A stretch of DNA of 59,958 bases, from NCBI GenBank assembly GCA_965140885.1, contig CBCSKA010000135.1, forward strand, positions 1 to 59,958, in the 5' to 3' direction. Below, piece after piece: positions 10,083 to 19,307 of the stretch (positions are counted from its first letter, which is position 1; each line of letters opens with the position of its first letter). This DNA comes from Legionellaceae bacterium. GTDB lineage: Bacteria; Pseudomonadota; Gammaproteobacteria; CBCSKA01. The position numbers and the translations under genes were made by a program. A model generated the notes under the pieces. The model had not been told where the DNA came from and did no database searches. It saw only the letters and a program-made list of their open reading frames with translations.

Positions 10083-10979
10083 TCATGATATAAGGTTGGT
10101 TTTGAATTGAGCTAAAATACCCGCAAATTCATCCGTAGTATTATAATGGATAGTCAATTTCCCTTTACCTGTTTTCGTATGTTGAATTTTTACCAATGTG
10201 CCTAATTGCTCAGATAATTGTTGTTGTAGACTCCGAATATTAGGATCCGTTTTTTTTTCAGGTTGTGGTAAATTGGAATTTTGTAAACGTTTAACTAAAG
10301 CTTCTGTTTCCCGAACGGATAAACGTTGAGACACAATTTTTTGAGCGGCTACACGTTGATTTTGTTCTTCTAATGCTAATAATACTTTCGCATGCCCTGT
10401 TTCAATATCCCCTTGCGCTAATAAACGTTGTACATCTTCGTCTAAGTGAGTTAAGCGTAAAATATTGGTAATAGTCGTACGTGATTTCCCCACTGCTTCG
10501 GCAACTTCTTGATGTGTTAATTGAAATTCTTGTAATAAACGTTGTAATGCAAATGCTTCATCAATTGGGTTAAGATTTTCTCGTTGAATATTTTCGATTA
10601 AAGCCATGGCAATAGCCGCTTCATCAGGGACATTACGTATGATAACGGGTACTTCATTGATCCCCGCTAATTGGGCTGCGCGCCAACGTCGTTCTCCTGC
10701 AATAATTTCATATTTATCTTTTGATATAAGACGAACAACAAGTGGCTGTATAATCCCTTGACGTCGCATAGAATCAGCTAATTCTTGTAAAGCTTGCGGT
10801 TGTATGTCTCGTCGGGGTTGGTATTTCCCTGGTTGCAAAAGTTCAATAGGAATTTTACTTAACTGTTCTTCTAAAAATACTTTATTATTTTCATGAAACG
10901 TTAAAGGTTCTGTTGTTGTTTTAACCGTACTGAGTAAAAGATCTAAACTTTTTCCTAAACCGCGTTTTTTCTCTGCCAT
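10083..10979 (-). CDS. parB: Chromosome partitioning protein ParB
   Basis: 298 aa. ParB box IIAGERRWRAA, HTH region QEVAEAVGKSRTTITNILRL. Downstream of parA. Confidence 0.92.
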   Translation of the reverse strand: MAEKKRGLGKSLDLLLSTVKTTTEPLTFHENNKVFLEEQLSKIPIELLQPGKYQPRRDIQPQALQELADSMRRQGIIQPLVVRLISKDKYEIIAGERRWRAAQLAGINEVPVIIRNVPDEAAIAMALIENIQRENLNPIDEAFALQRLLQEFQLTHQEVAEAVGKSRTTITNILRLTHLDEDVQRLLAQGDIETGHAKVLLALEEQNQRVAAQKIVSQRLSVRETEALVKRLQNSNLPQPEKKTDPNIRSLQQQLSEQLGTLVKIQHTKTGKGKLTIHYNTTDEFAGILAQFKTNLIS

Positions 10980-10988
10980 ATATTCACC

Positions 10989-11831
10989 TCACGAAGTTTC
11001 AACTTGTCTTTGCTTAAGCAGAGAAGAAGGTTGATCCCTGTTGTTTTGCTTTTCCAGGGTTGGATTTTGTGTTTCTGCTCGATTTAACATTTCATTCGCT
11101 AGTGTCAGATATGCAATAGCTCCAGAAGAGCTTTTATCGTAGAGTAAGGCTGGTAAACCAAAGCTAGGCGCTTCTGCTAACCGAACATTACGAGGTATTG
11201 ATGAATTATAAAGTATATCTTTGAAATGAATCTGTAATTGTTCCGAGACTTGAGCTGTTAAACTAGTGCGCGCATCATACATCGTTCGAACAATTCCTTC
11301 AATTTTTAATTGTGGATTAACACTTTCACTCAATTTATGAATGGTATTCATTAATGCGGTTAAACCTTCTAACGCATAATATTCGCATTGTATTGGTATA
11401 ATCACAGAATTTGCTGCAACTAATGCATTAATAGTGAGCATATTTAAGGAAGGAGGACAATCTATAAGTATATAATCATAAGATGCGTTTATCTCAGCCA
11501 ATGCATTTTTTAAACGATTTTCTCGTTCATCCAATTGTGTAAGGCTTATTTCAGCATAAGTTAAATCCCCATTGGCAGGTAATAAATCAAAACCAATAGG
11601 CAAAATGACAATCGCATTACTAACATGGATTTCATTTAATAAGACATCATTAATCGTTTGTTCCAGTATATGTTTTTCTAAACCACAACCTACTGTGGCA
11701 TTTCCTTGTGGATCAAGATCAATTAATAAAACCCGTTTTTTTAAAGAAGCAATGGAAGCGGCTAAATTAACGGAAGTCGTCGTTTTACCTACGCCGCCTT
11801 TTTGATTCGCTATAGCGATAATTTTACTCAT
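10989..11831 (-). CDS. parA: Chromosome partitioning ATPase ParA/Soj
   Basis: 280 aa. Deviant Walker A NQKGGVGKTT. 4-nt overlap with rsmG. Confidence 0.92.
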   Translation of the reverse strand: MSKIIAIANQKGGVGKTTTSVNLAASIASLKKRVLLIDLDPQGNATVGCGLEKHILEQTINDVLLNEIHVSNAIVILPIGFDLLPANGDLTYAEISLTQLDERENRLKNALAEINASYDYILIDCPPSLNMLTINALVAANSVIIPIQCEYYALEGLTALMNTIHKLSESVNPQLKIEGIVRTMYDARTSLTAQVSEQLQIHFKDILYNSSIPRNVRLAEAPSFGLPALLYDKSSSGAIAYLTLANEMLNRAETQNPTLEKQNNRDQPSSLLKQRQVETS

Positions 11832-12466
11832 GAATTTTGGCTCATTTTAATACAGATTAAATGACGTTTCGCCGTTAAACCAGGAATTACTAATGTATGA
11901 CAAGCAATAATTTGATAGGGTAGTATGATGTGTTGCATTTCTTCTTCTGGATAAATACCTTTCATTGCTAAAAATTGTCCTTCAGGAGCTAATAAATGTT
12001 TTGTGTATTCAATCATATCATGGATAGTAGCAAAAGCTCTGGAAATAATAGAATCAAAGCCCGATGACTCTTGATGTATTTCAGCACGAGAATGAATAAT
12101 CGTTATATTGGATAACCCTAAAAATTGTTTAGCTTGCACTAAAAAACGTATTTTTTTATTATTACTATCCATAAGGGTGAATTTTTTTTCAGGAAATAAA
12201 ATAGCAAGGGGAATACCTGGTAAACCAGCTCCTGTCCCTACATCTAAAATAGTATCACCATGTATATAGGGTGCAATAGATAAACTATCAAGCAAGTGTT
12301 TTATAACCATCTCTTCTTTATTACGAATAGCGGTTAAATTATAAACTTTATTCCATTTTTCTAATAGATTCAGAAATTGAAATAAAGCGTTAGTTTGGTC
12401 TTCAGTGATAGGAAAATTTAATTTTGGTAATAGTTGGTTTAACAAATTCAATATAGGATTTTTCAT
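11828..12466 (-). CDS. rsmG: 16S rRNA (guanine527-N7)-methyltransferase RsmG (GidB)
   Basis: 212 aa. SAM motif LDVGTGAGLPGIPLAI. rsmG-parA-parB order. Confidence 0.9.
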   Translation of the reverse strand: MKNPILNLLNQLLPKLNFPITEDQTNALFQFLNLLEKWNKVYNLTAIRNKEEMVIKHLLDSLSIAPYIHGDTILDVGTGAGLPGIPLAILFPEKKFTLMDSNNKKIRFLVQAKQFLGLSNITIIHSRAEIHQESSGFDSIISRAFATIHDMIEYTKHLLAPEGQFLAMKGIYPEEEMQHIILPYQIIACHTLVIPGLTAKRHLICIKMSQNS

Positions 12467-12885
12467 AATTAACCTAAGTATTATTTTAGCCTAAATAGTA
12501 ATGGACTTTATATATGTTATAAATAGCTAAATTTAACATAGTTTTTAAAATTGTTGACAGTAAGAATTAAATCTTGTGTTTTTAGCATGGAAAAATAAAG
12601 AAAAATAAATTCGTCTTACTTATCGTGTAAAATGATGTAGTTTGATTTAGGGAGCTTAAATTAGATACACGTGTTTATAAGTATTTATATTTCAGAGTAA
12701 CAAAAATTTTTACAGTCATTTTTGAATTGAAACCACAAAACATCTACAAATATAAATAATATTTGCTGGATTTTTTTCTAGAAGAGGAACTCTTTGTTAC
12801 TAACTGTCACTAAAATTTCTATTCTACGGGCGAGAGAGAAGAGGCATCATTTTCATTGTATAAAATATAATCTAGTGTTTAGATT

Positions 12886-13449
12886 CTACAATCTAAAAGA
12901 TATTCTTTCTGGTAAAATAGGCGTAGCCGTGATTTTTTTTTGTTCATTTTCCAACCATTTCAAGATATTTTCACCTTCCCATATTAATGTTTTATTTTTT
13001 ATTTTATTTAAATTATCAAAATTTAAAGTTTTGGGTCTAGTATTAATACCATAAATTTGCCAAAGAGAAGCTTTATTTTTTTGAGGCGGAACTATAAACG
13101 TTATTGTATTATTAAAATCAGTAGGCACATAAGCAGTTAAAAGAACATTTTTTTCTTTTAAAATTTCAATTAGTTTCGTAGCAAATTCTAAAAGATTGTG
13201 ATCTTTATTTACCTCAGAAGTAATAAAATAAACTGTATGGATAGTTGTAGGTAAATTTTTTTCGAGTATCGTATTTGCAAATGTTTCAGGCTTTATTTTT
13301 TTCCAAAATCTATCTTCGGCATCTACGTCAAGGATAATCAATGCTCCATCCATGGGATTAAGGCCCGTAATATTATCTGTTGATAAATTTTTCAATTTTG
13401 TAAGTTCAGTTTCCGTGATTTTTATTTTTTCAGATAGTGTTATTAACAT
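12886..13449 (-). CDS. Hypothetical protein (orphan, islet gene)
   Basis: 187-aa ORF, very A+T-rich, no motif recognised. Its start codon lies 21 bp from repeat copy A. Confidence 0.5.
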   Translation of the reverse strand: MLITLSEKIKITETELTKLKNLSTDNITGLNPMDGALIILDVDAEDRFWKKIKPETFANTILEKNLPTTIHTVYFITSEVNKDHNLLEFATKLIEILKEKNVLLTAYVPTDFNNTITFIVPPQKNKASLWQIYGINTRPKTLNFDNLNKIKNKTLIWEGENILKWLENEQKKITATPILPERISFRL

Positions 13450-13470
13450 ATAGATTCCCTTCTAATTTTA

Positions 13471-13742
13471 TTCACCCGCTGTCGGCCAAGGAAGCGATGA
13501 AGGAGCGAGGCCGATAGTCCCTGGTAGACCGTAGTGCCGGATGTTTTGCCGAAGGCAAAATATAAGGCCCACAAAACGGTCGACAAGTCATTTGTGGAAG
13601 TGAAGTTATGACACCTAGTCGTGTCATAACGAGCGTACGCAGGACGGCCAGGGCTGCCGCAGGCATACTTGTCGACAATTTTTGTCCCTTTTGGGGACTT
13701 GGATGTCCCAAAAGGGGTCTCAAAAATGGCGACACTATCGTA
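13471..13742. repeat. 272-bp G+C-rich helix-dense element, copy A (candidate structured ncRNA or non-autonomous mobile element)
   Basis: Near-identical to 33969-34240 (7 substitutions, no indels, same orientation; manual alignment). Many hand-verified complementary segments (see findings). G-T appositions favour + strand RNA weakly. Confidence 0.85.
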
Positions 13743-13794
13743 GAAATACGATTATACTTTAAATAAATAAAACAAAAAAATAAAGGGAAATTTT

Positions 13795-14940
13795 ATGAAA
13801 GAAACGTCTAACAGTATAAATCCAACAAAAAATGTTATTTTAATGCTTGGTATCGATAAAACAACACATAATTCTGCTATTGGTATAGCTACGAAATTAA
13901 AAGAAAAAAATGGTAAAGAGTATGAAATAAGATTGCTTAAAGAAAACTGTTTAAATGGATTAAAAAAAGAAGATATTAGTGAAATTACTCTTGTTGGGCA
14001 TACGGATGAAAAGCAAGATAAAACGAATTCTGTTATGAAAAAAACTTATGGGAAAAATAATGATCGGGAAATAACTGATAATGATCAAAAAGCCGAAAAA
14101 GGTTTTAATGCAAAAGAATTTGTGAATTACTTTGATACTCAAGTTAGTAACGCTAATTTTGATAAAAAAGATATTAAAGTTTTACGTTGTTTTGGTTGCG
14201 AACTCGGTTTCGTTGATTTATTTCATGGGAATACTGTACCACTTGCGCAAGAATTAGTTAATGAATTTGTATTGAAAGACTATGATTTAAAATTATATGC
14301 TTTTGCTTTTGATAATAACCATGGAGAAAATATACAAGCACTACGTTTAGTTATTGCTGAAGATGGTAAGGCTGAATATTATGGCTTCGCACAAAAAAAT
14401 AAAAATATAATGAATATGGAATCAAGAATAGCAGATACAAAAGATGAGATTGAAAAAATAAAAACAAAAATAAAAGAAGTTGAAATAAATGATCCCTTTC
14501 GCCTAAAACACGGATTTTCTTATTTATTACCAAAATTAACGACTAAAATTGTCAAAGAAGAAAAATTAAAGAATTTATGTGGTTTTAATATAGAGTTAAG
14601 AGAAAAAGAAAAAGAATTGAAAAAAAAAGATAAAGAATATAATGATTTAAAAATTGTATTATTTAAGTATGGTGGAAATCCTATAGAGTTGATTGATGAA
14701 GAAAAAAATTGTTTTAAAGCAGAAACAAAAGGCAATACAATAGATTATCCTGAAAAAAAAATAGATGAAAAAATAATTAATTCTGACGAAAATATTCCTA
14801 AAGTAATTCCAATACAGGAAGATAAAGAATGTAGAAATAGTAAGCGTTATTCTTCTATGGAATCTTTGTTTAATAATAAAGCGATTAATGAAAAAAATAA
14901 TACAGAAAACGAAGCGATATTTAAAAATAATATGAAATAA
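13795..14940 (+). CDS. Hypothetical protein: N-terminal alpha/beta domain with His/Cys dyad pattern plus K/E/N-rich coiled C-terminus
   Basis: 381-aa ORF. aaagggaaattttATG provides a purine-rich RBS. ITLVGH(69)T and VLRCFGC(135)ELG each follow a hydrophobic strand. The C-terminal half is low-complexity K/E/N. Confidence 0.6.
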   Translation: MKETSNSINPTKNVILMLGIDKTTHNSAIGIATKLKEKNGKEYEIRLLKENCLNGLKKEDISEITLVGHTDEKQDKTNSVMKKTYGKNNDREITDNDQKAEKGFNAKEFVNYFDTQVSNANFDKKDIKVLRCFGCELGFVDLFHGNTVPLAQELVNEFVLKDYDLKLYAFAFDNNHGENIQALRLVIAEDGKAEYYGFAQKNKNIMNMESRIADTKDEIEKIKTKIKEVEINDPFRLKHGFSYLLPKLTTKIVKEEKLKNLCGFNIELREKEKELKKKDKEYNDLKIVLFKYGGNPIELIDEEKNCFKAETKGNTIDYPEKKIDEKIINSDENIPKVIPIQEDKECRNSKRYSSMESLFNNKAINEKNNTENEAIFKNNMK

Positions 14941-15223
14941 TTTTGTCCAGAGATAGACAAGCTTTAGCAATAAAGTTTTCTGAAAAAATATGATATAAGC
15001 TATTCAAATAAGGTTTAGTTTAATCACATCATCCGTAAAACAGGCTTAGCTGGTAATTATTACAAGAGCCTATTTTAGCTACGTTAGTTCAAAGCAAAGA
15101 CTTTATCCATTAGTTTTCTAAATAACACAAAATAACAAAGGGAATTTCTTTTTTTTTCAGCATAGCAATCTTTTCGTTAGACTGCTAAAATTTACTTTCC
15201 AGTTTAACTTTGTTTTTTTCATA

Positions 15224-16264
15224 ATGGTTATGTCAGAAATCAGCCAACGCGCACAAGAATTATTAAAAAAATTAATCGAACGTTATATTCGTGAAGGGCA
15301 GCCTATTAGTTCAAAGGTGTTAGCTGAAGATTTTTCGCAACCCATTAGTTCTGCAACTATCCGAAATATAATGGCTGATTTAGAAGCACAAGGATATATT
15401 CATTCACCGCATACTTCCGCAGGAAGAATCCCTACGCCTTTAGGTTATCGTTTTTTTGTTGATAGCTTATTAACAATCAAACCCTTAAATGATTCCGAGA
15501 TTAAGCAAGTTGAGTATGAATTAAAACCAGAATCATCGATACAATCTTTGGTAACAACCGCATCTTCTTGTTTATCAGCATTAAGTTCTTTAGCGGGCGT
15601 AGTGACTTTTCCTAAACGTAAATCATTAACATTAAGTCAAGTCGAATTTTTGCCTTTATCCGATAATCGAATTTTAGTTATTTTAGTGCTTAATAAAAAT
15701 GAAATACAAAATAGGGTTATTCATGTTGATACCCATTTTGCACCCGATCTTCTTCAAGAAGCGGCTAATTTTTTAAATAAAGAATATGTTGGTAAAGATT
15801 TAGAGCAAATACAAAAAGATTTAATTTTTTCTTTAGATAAAGTACGTGATCAAATTAGTATTATGATGCGTAAATTTATGGAAGCCATTGATAATCCAAC
15901 AGAACAACAAGAACATAGAGATGATTATGTTTTAATGGGACAAGCTCGATTATTAGATCCTGCATTTGAAAAAGGACTTGAAAGTTTACGGCAACTTTAT
16001 GATGCCTTTAGTGAGAAACGAGGTATTTTACATTTATTGGATAAAACACTCATTACTGATGGGGTTCAAATTTATATTGGTGCAGAATCAGGTTTAGATT
16101 TTTTAATGGATTATAGTGTTATTACTGCTCCTTATTCCGTGGGGGATCGAATTGTTGGAACATTGGGTGTTTTAGGACCGACAAGAATGGCTTATGATAA
16201 AGTTATTCCCATCGTTGATATGACGGCAAAATTATTGAGTGCTGCTTTGAATAAATGTTTTTAA
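15224..16264 (+). CDS. hrcA: Heat-inducible transcription repressor HrcA
   Basis: 346 aa. N-terminal winged-helix region (RAQELLKKLIERYIREGQPISSKVLAE) and C-terminal GTLGVLGPTRMAYDKVIPIVD are typical of HrcA. Upstream of grpE-dnaK-dnaJ. Confidence 0.9.
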   Translation: MVMSEISQRAQELLKKLIERYIREGQPISSKVLAEDFSQPISSATIRNIMADLEAQGYIHSPHTSAGRIPTPLGYRFFVDSLLTIKPLNDSEIKQVEYELKPESSIQSLVTTASSCLSALSSLAGVVTFPKRKSLTLSQVEFLPLSDNRILVILVLNKNEIQNRVIHVDTHFAPDLLQEAANFLNKEYVGKDLEQIQKDLIFSLDKVRDQISIMMRKFMEAIDNPTEQQEHRDDYVLMGQARLLDPAFEKGLESLRQLYDAFSEKRGILHLLDKTLITDGVQIYIGAESGLDFLMDYSVITAPYSVGDRIVGTLGVLGPTRMAYDKVIPIVDMTAKLLSAALNKCF

Positions 16265-16424
16265 ATGAAGAAATTGGAAGTATAGCTTTGATTATAATCA
16301 GTGAATCAATGTATAAGGATAGGGATTAGTAGGATTTTTTTATTTATTGAGCCTTTTTACGTTATTAATTGTTTCTACAAATTTTCAGCATAAATTAAAA
16401 AAATAAGATTTTTTTAAAATTATT

Positions 16425-16452
16425 CTTGAATTAAATAAAATCATCCCTATAT
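16425..16452 (+). promoter_or_regulatory. Sigma-32 (RpoH)-type heat-shock promoter upstream of grpE
   Basis: CTTGAA (16425-16430), 14-nt spacer, CCCTATAT (16445-16452), versus the consensus CTTGAA-N13-15-CCCCATNT. About 44 nt upstream of the grpE ATG. Confidence 0.65.
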
Positions 16453-16495
16453 AGGAAATAAGTTAAATACCTAATGAACAGTGGAGATATATGTA

Positions 16496-17095
16496 ATGGG
16501 TAATAAAGAAGATGTGTCAGTAAAACCAAGTGAAAATGTGGCGGATAAATGGGAAAAAGTGGAAAAAATGAGTGAAGACGAATCTCATCAAAAAACACAA
16601 ACCAATGATACCGTTGAAGCAATTGAGACACCTTCACATGAAGAGTTAATTGCGAAAATCAATGAACTTGAAGTTAATCAAGAAAAAATGGTGCGATTAT
16701 TAGCAGAAAAAGAAAATCTTATACGGCGTAACTATACAGAGTTAGAAAAAAATAATAAGTATGCTGTATCAAAATTATCGCAAGAATTATTAAGTGTGTT
16801 GGATAGCTTAGAGTTAAGTTTACAAGCGGCACCAAAAGATAATGACGTATTAAAATCATTTTATGATGGCATTGATATGACATTTAAAATGTTATTAGGC
16901 ATTTTAGAAAAACAAGGAATTCAATTAGTTAATCCATTAAATCAAAAATTTGATCCTAATTTTCATGAAGCGATTTCTATGCAACCCAGTAATGAAGTGC
17001 CTGATGGGCATATACTGAAGGTATTACAAAAAGGATATGTCCTTCATGATCGCTTAATTCGTCCAGCAATGGTGATTATCGCCAAAGCGTCATAA
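16496..17095 (+). CDS. grpE: Nucleotide exchange factor GrpE
   Basis: The ORF opens at GTG 16481. The ATG at 16496 follows ggagat. The C-terminal GYVLHDRLIRPAMVIIAK is GrpE-typical. Confidence 0.9.
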   Translation: MGNKEDVSVKPSENVADKWEKVEKMSEDESHQKTQTNDTVEAIETPSHEELIAKINELEVNQEKMVRLLAEKENLIRRNYTELEKNNKYAVSKLSQELLSVLDSLELSLQAAPKDNDVLKSFYDGIDMTFKMLLGILEKQGIQLVNPLNQKFDPNFHEAISMQPSNEVPDGHILKVLQKGYVLHDRLIRPAMVIIAKAS

Positions 17096-17191
17096 TTTTT
17101 TATACATTTTTTAGAGGATTCTTCTTGAAAAATGTAAAACTAACATTAGTAGTAAATTTAATTAATGATTTCGATAACGGGAGAGAATAAA

Positions 17192-19117
17192 ATGGCAAAT
17201 GTAATTATTGGTATTGATTTAGGAACAACAAATTCCTGTGTAGCCATAATGGAAAATGGTAAAACGAAAGTTATAGAAAATAGTGAAGGAAAACGAACAA
17301 CTCCTTCAGTGGTTGCTTATCCTGATGATGATTCTGATCACATTGAAGTGGGTGATGTTGCTAAACGACAAGCAGTGACACGCCCTAAACACGTACTTCA
17401 TGCAATTAAGCGGTTGATTGGACGTAAATTTGATGATCAAATTGTACAGCGTGATATCAAAATGGTTCCTTATGAAATTATGAAAGCTAAAAATGGGGAT
17501 GCCTGGGTAAGAGTTGGAAATCGAGAATTAGCGCCTCCTCAAGTTTCTGCACAAATTTTAATGAAAATGAAAAAGACAGCAGAAGATTATTTAGGATATC
17601 CTGTGAGTGAAGCTGTTATTACAGTGCCGGCTTATTTTAATGATTCACAACGTCAAGCAACCAAAGATGCTGGACGCATTGCTGGATTAGAAGTAAAGCG
17701 AATTATTAATGAACCCACTGCCGCTGCTTTAGCGTATGGTTTAGATAAGCAAAAAGGGGATTCCGTTATTGCTGTATATGATTTAGGTGGCGGTACTTTT
17801 GACGTTTCTATTATTGAAATAGCCGAAGTGGATGGAGAACATCAATTTGAAGTATTAGCGACTAATGGTGATACTTTCCTTGGTGGTGAAGATTTTGATT
17901 TACGTATTATTAATTATTTTACTGATGAATTTAAAAAAGATACCGGTATTGATTTACATCATGATCCGCTTGCATTACAGCGTCTAAGAGAAGCGGCTGA
18001 ACGAGCGAAAATTGAATTATCTTCAGCACAACAAACGGATATTAATTTACCTTATATTACGGCTGATGCAACAGGACCTAAACATTTAAATGTGAAATTA
18101 ACGCGTGCCAAATTAGAATCTTTAGTGGAAGATTTAATTTCTCGTACGATTGAACCTTGTCGTACAGCGTTAAAAGATGCAGGCTTAAAAGTATCTGATA
18201 TTAAAGAAGTGATTTTAGTCGGTGGCCAAATACGTATGCCAAAAGTACAAGAAGCTGTACGCGATTTCTTTGGCAAAGAACCACGTAAGGATGTAAATCC
18301 TGATGAAGCAGTAGCGGTTGGTGCTGCTATTCAAGGTGGTGTATTATCTGGTGAAGTAAAAGATATTTTATTATTAGATGTAACACCACTTTCATTAGGT
18401 ATTGAAACAATGGGTGGCGTAATGACTAAATTAATAGAAAAAAATACGACTATTCCTACAAAAGCAAGCCAAACTTTTACGACAGCCGATGATAACCAAA
18501 CCGCGGTAACTGTACATGTTTTACAAGGTGAGCGTGAAATGGCTTCTGCTAATAAATCATTAGGTCGTTTTGATTTAGCAGAAATTCCAACTGCTCCTCG
18601 CGGAACACCACAAATTGAAGTCACATTTGATATTGATGCCAATGGTATATTACATGTATCGGCTAAGAATAAAGCTACAGGTAAAGCACAATCTATTGTT
18701 ATTAAAGCATCAAGTGGTTTATCTGATGAAGAAATTCAAAAAATGGTTAAAGATGCGGAAGCTCATGCGGAAGAAGATAAAAAATTCCATGAATTAGTTA
18801 ATGCACGTAATCAAGCGGATACTCTTATTCATGCTACGACAAAATCATTGACAGATGTGGGTGATAAATTAAGTGCGAATGATAAAGAAGCTATTGAATC
18901 TGCCATTGCTGTCCTTAAAGAAGCTGTAAAAGGTGATGATAAGTCTGAAATTGAAGCAAAAACGAATGATTTATCAACTGCATCAGCTAAAATTTATGAA
19001 TTATTACAAGCGCAAAATCAGCAAGAAAGTCCTAAAGAAGATACACAGGATTCTGCTGAAAAAGGTGATGGTAATGTCGTGGATGCAGAATTTGAAGAAG
19101 TGAAGGATAAAAAATAA
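17192..19117 (+). CDS. dnaK: Molecular chaperone DnaK (Hsp70)
   Basis: The ATG at 17192 follows gggagag. [24 protein letters not shown] and [10 protein letters not shown] are Hsp70 signatures. Confidence 0.98.
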   Translation: MANVIIGIDLGTTNSCVAIMENGKTKVIENSEGKRTTPSVVAYPDDDSDHIEVGDVAKRQAVTRPKHVLHAIKRLIGRKFDDQIVQRDIKMVPYEIMKAKNGDAWVRVGNRELAPPQVSAQILMKMKKTAEDYLGYPVSEAVITVPAYFNDSQRQATKDAGRIAGLEVKRIINEPTAAALAYGLDKQKGDSVIAVYDLGGGTFDVSIIEIAEVDGEHQFEVLATNGDTFLGGEDFDLRIINYFTDEFKKDTGIDLHHDPLALQRLREAAERAKIELSSAQQTDINLPYITADATGPKHLNVKLTRAKLESLVEDLISRTIEPCRTALKDAGLKVSDIKEVILVGGQIRMPKVQEAVRDFFGKEPRKDVNPDEAVAVGAAIQGGVLSGEVKDILLLDVTPLSLGIETMGGVMTKLIEKNTTIPTKASQTFTTADDNQTAVTVHVLQGEREMASANKSLGRFDLAEIPTAPRGTPQIEVTFDIDANGILHVSAKNKATGKAQSIVIKASSGLSDEEIQKMVKDAEAHAEEDKKFHELVNARNQADTLIHATTKSLTDVGDKLSANDKEAIESAIAVLKEAVKGDDKSEIEAKTNDLSTASAKIYELLQAQNQQESPKEDTQDSAEKGDGNVVDAEFEEVKDKK

Positions 19118-19141
19118 GCAACTTTAAAGGATAATGAAGAA

Positions 19142-19178
19142 AAACCCAAAGAGAAATTTTTTTCTCTTTGGGTTTCTT
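19142..19178 (+). terminator. Rho-independent terminator after dnaK
   Basis: aaacccaaagagaaa-ttttt-ttctctttgggttt followed by a T-rich tail. Confidence 0.8.
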
Positions 19179-19307
19179 TCTGATTTCTTTCTTTAGTCTA
19201 CTTGAAAATTTTTATTTAATTTTCCAAACACACCCCTGATAATATTTGGGAAAAAAACTTAGCATCGGGGAAGCTACAGATACGTAAAATTAGGTGGCAT
19301 ATCAACA

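Noticed and set aside
12467-12885. Possible oriC/DnaA-box cluster next to rsmG
   Set aside because: The best candidates (ttatcgtgt, tgtttataa, gaaaccaca) each have 2 or more mismatches to TTATCCACA, and there is no clear box array or AT-rich 13-mer repeats.
12794-13054. 86-aa plus-strand ORF overlapping the 3' end of the 187-aa islet gene
   Set aside because: Low-complexity F/I/L-rich translation. It overlaps the longer minus-strand ORF, and no start context is visible.
13472-13735. 87-aa minus-strand ORF inside repeat copy A, with its twin at 33970-34233
   Set aside because: The P/R/S/L/A-rich composition is typical of a chance frame in G+C-rich DNA. There is no SD. Between the copies, 4 amino-acid changes arise from only 7 nucleotide changes, while base-paired positions co-vary. 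Conservation looks structural, not coding.
13471-13742. Classifying the repeat as a MITE, group I/II intron, riboswitch, RNase P, tmRNA, 6S or SRP RNA
   Set aside because: The ends are not inverted repeats (ttcacccgctg... versus ...cgacactatcgta) and there is no target duplication. A gatagtcc segment resembles the group I 'S' element, but it is in the wrong order relative to any P/Q/R-like segments. There is no group II domain 5, B12 box, or RNase P CR-I/CR-IV motif. No adjacent RT exists to support a retron. The element is left unclassified.
13960-14970. Four antisense ORFs (13960-14142, 14351-14533, 14520-14735, 14659-14970) opposite the 381-aa gene
   Set aside because: They are low-complexity F/I/L/Y-rich translations of the complement of a K/E/N-rich coding region. 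They overlap each other and the better-supported plus-strand ORF.
14941-15223. CIRCE operator upstream of hrcA (e.g. ttagactgctaa near 15175)
   Set aside because: This is only a compressed partial resemblance to TTAGCACTC-N9-GAGTGCTAA, with no 9-nt spaced inverted repeat.
17124-17150. Second sigma-32-like promoter upstream of dnaK (CTTGAA at 17124-17129)
   Set aside because: The sequence at the expected -10 position (cattag) matches CCCCAT poorly. A CTTGAA upstream of dnaJ (near 19201) has a ~26-nt spacer to cccctgat, which is too long.
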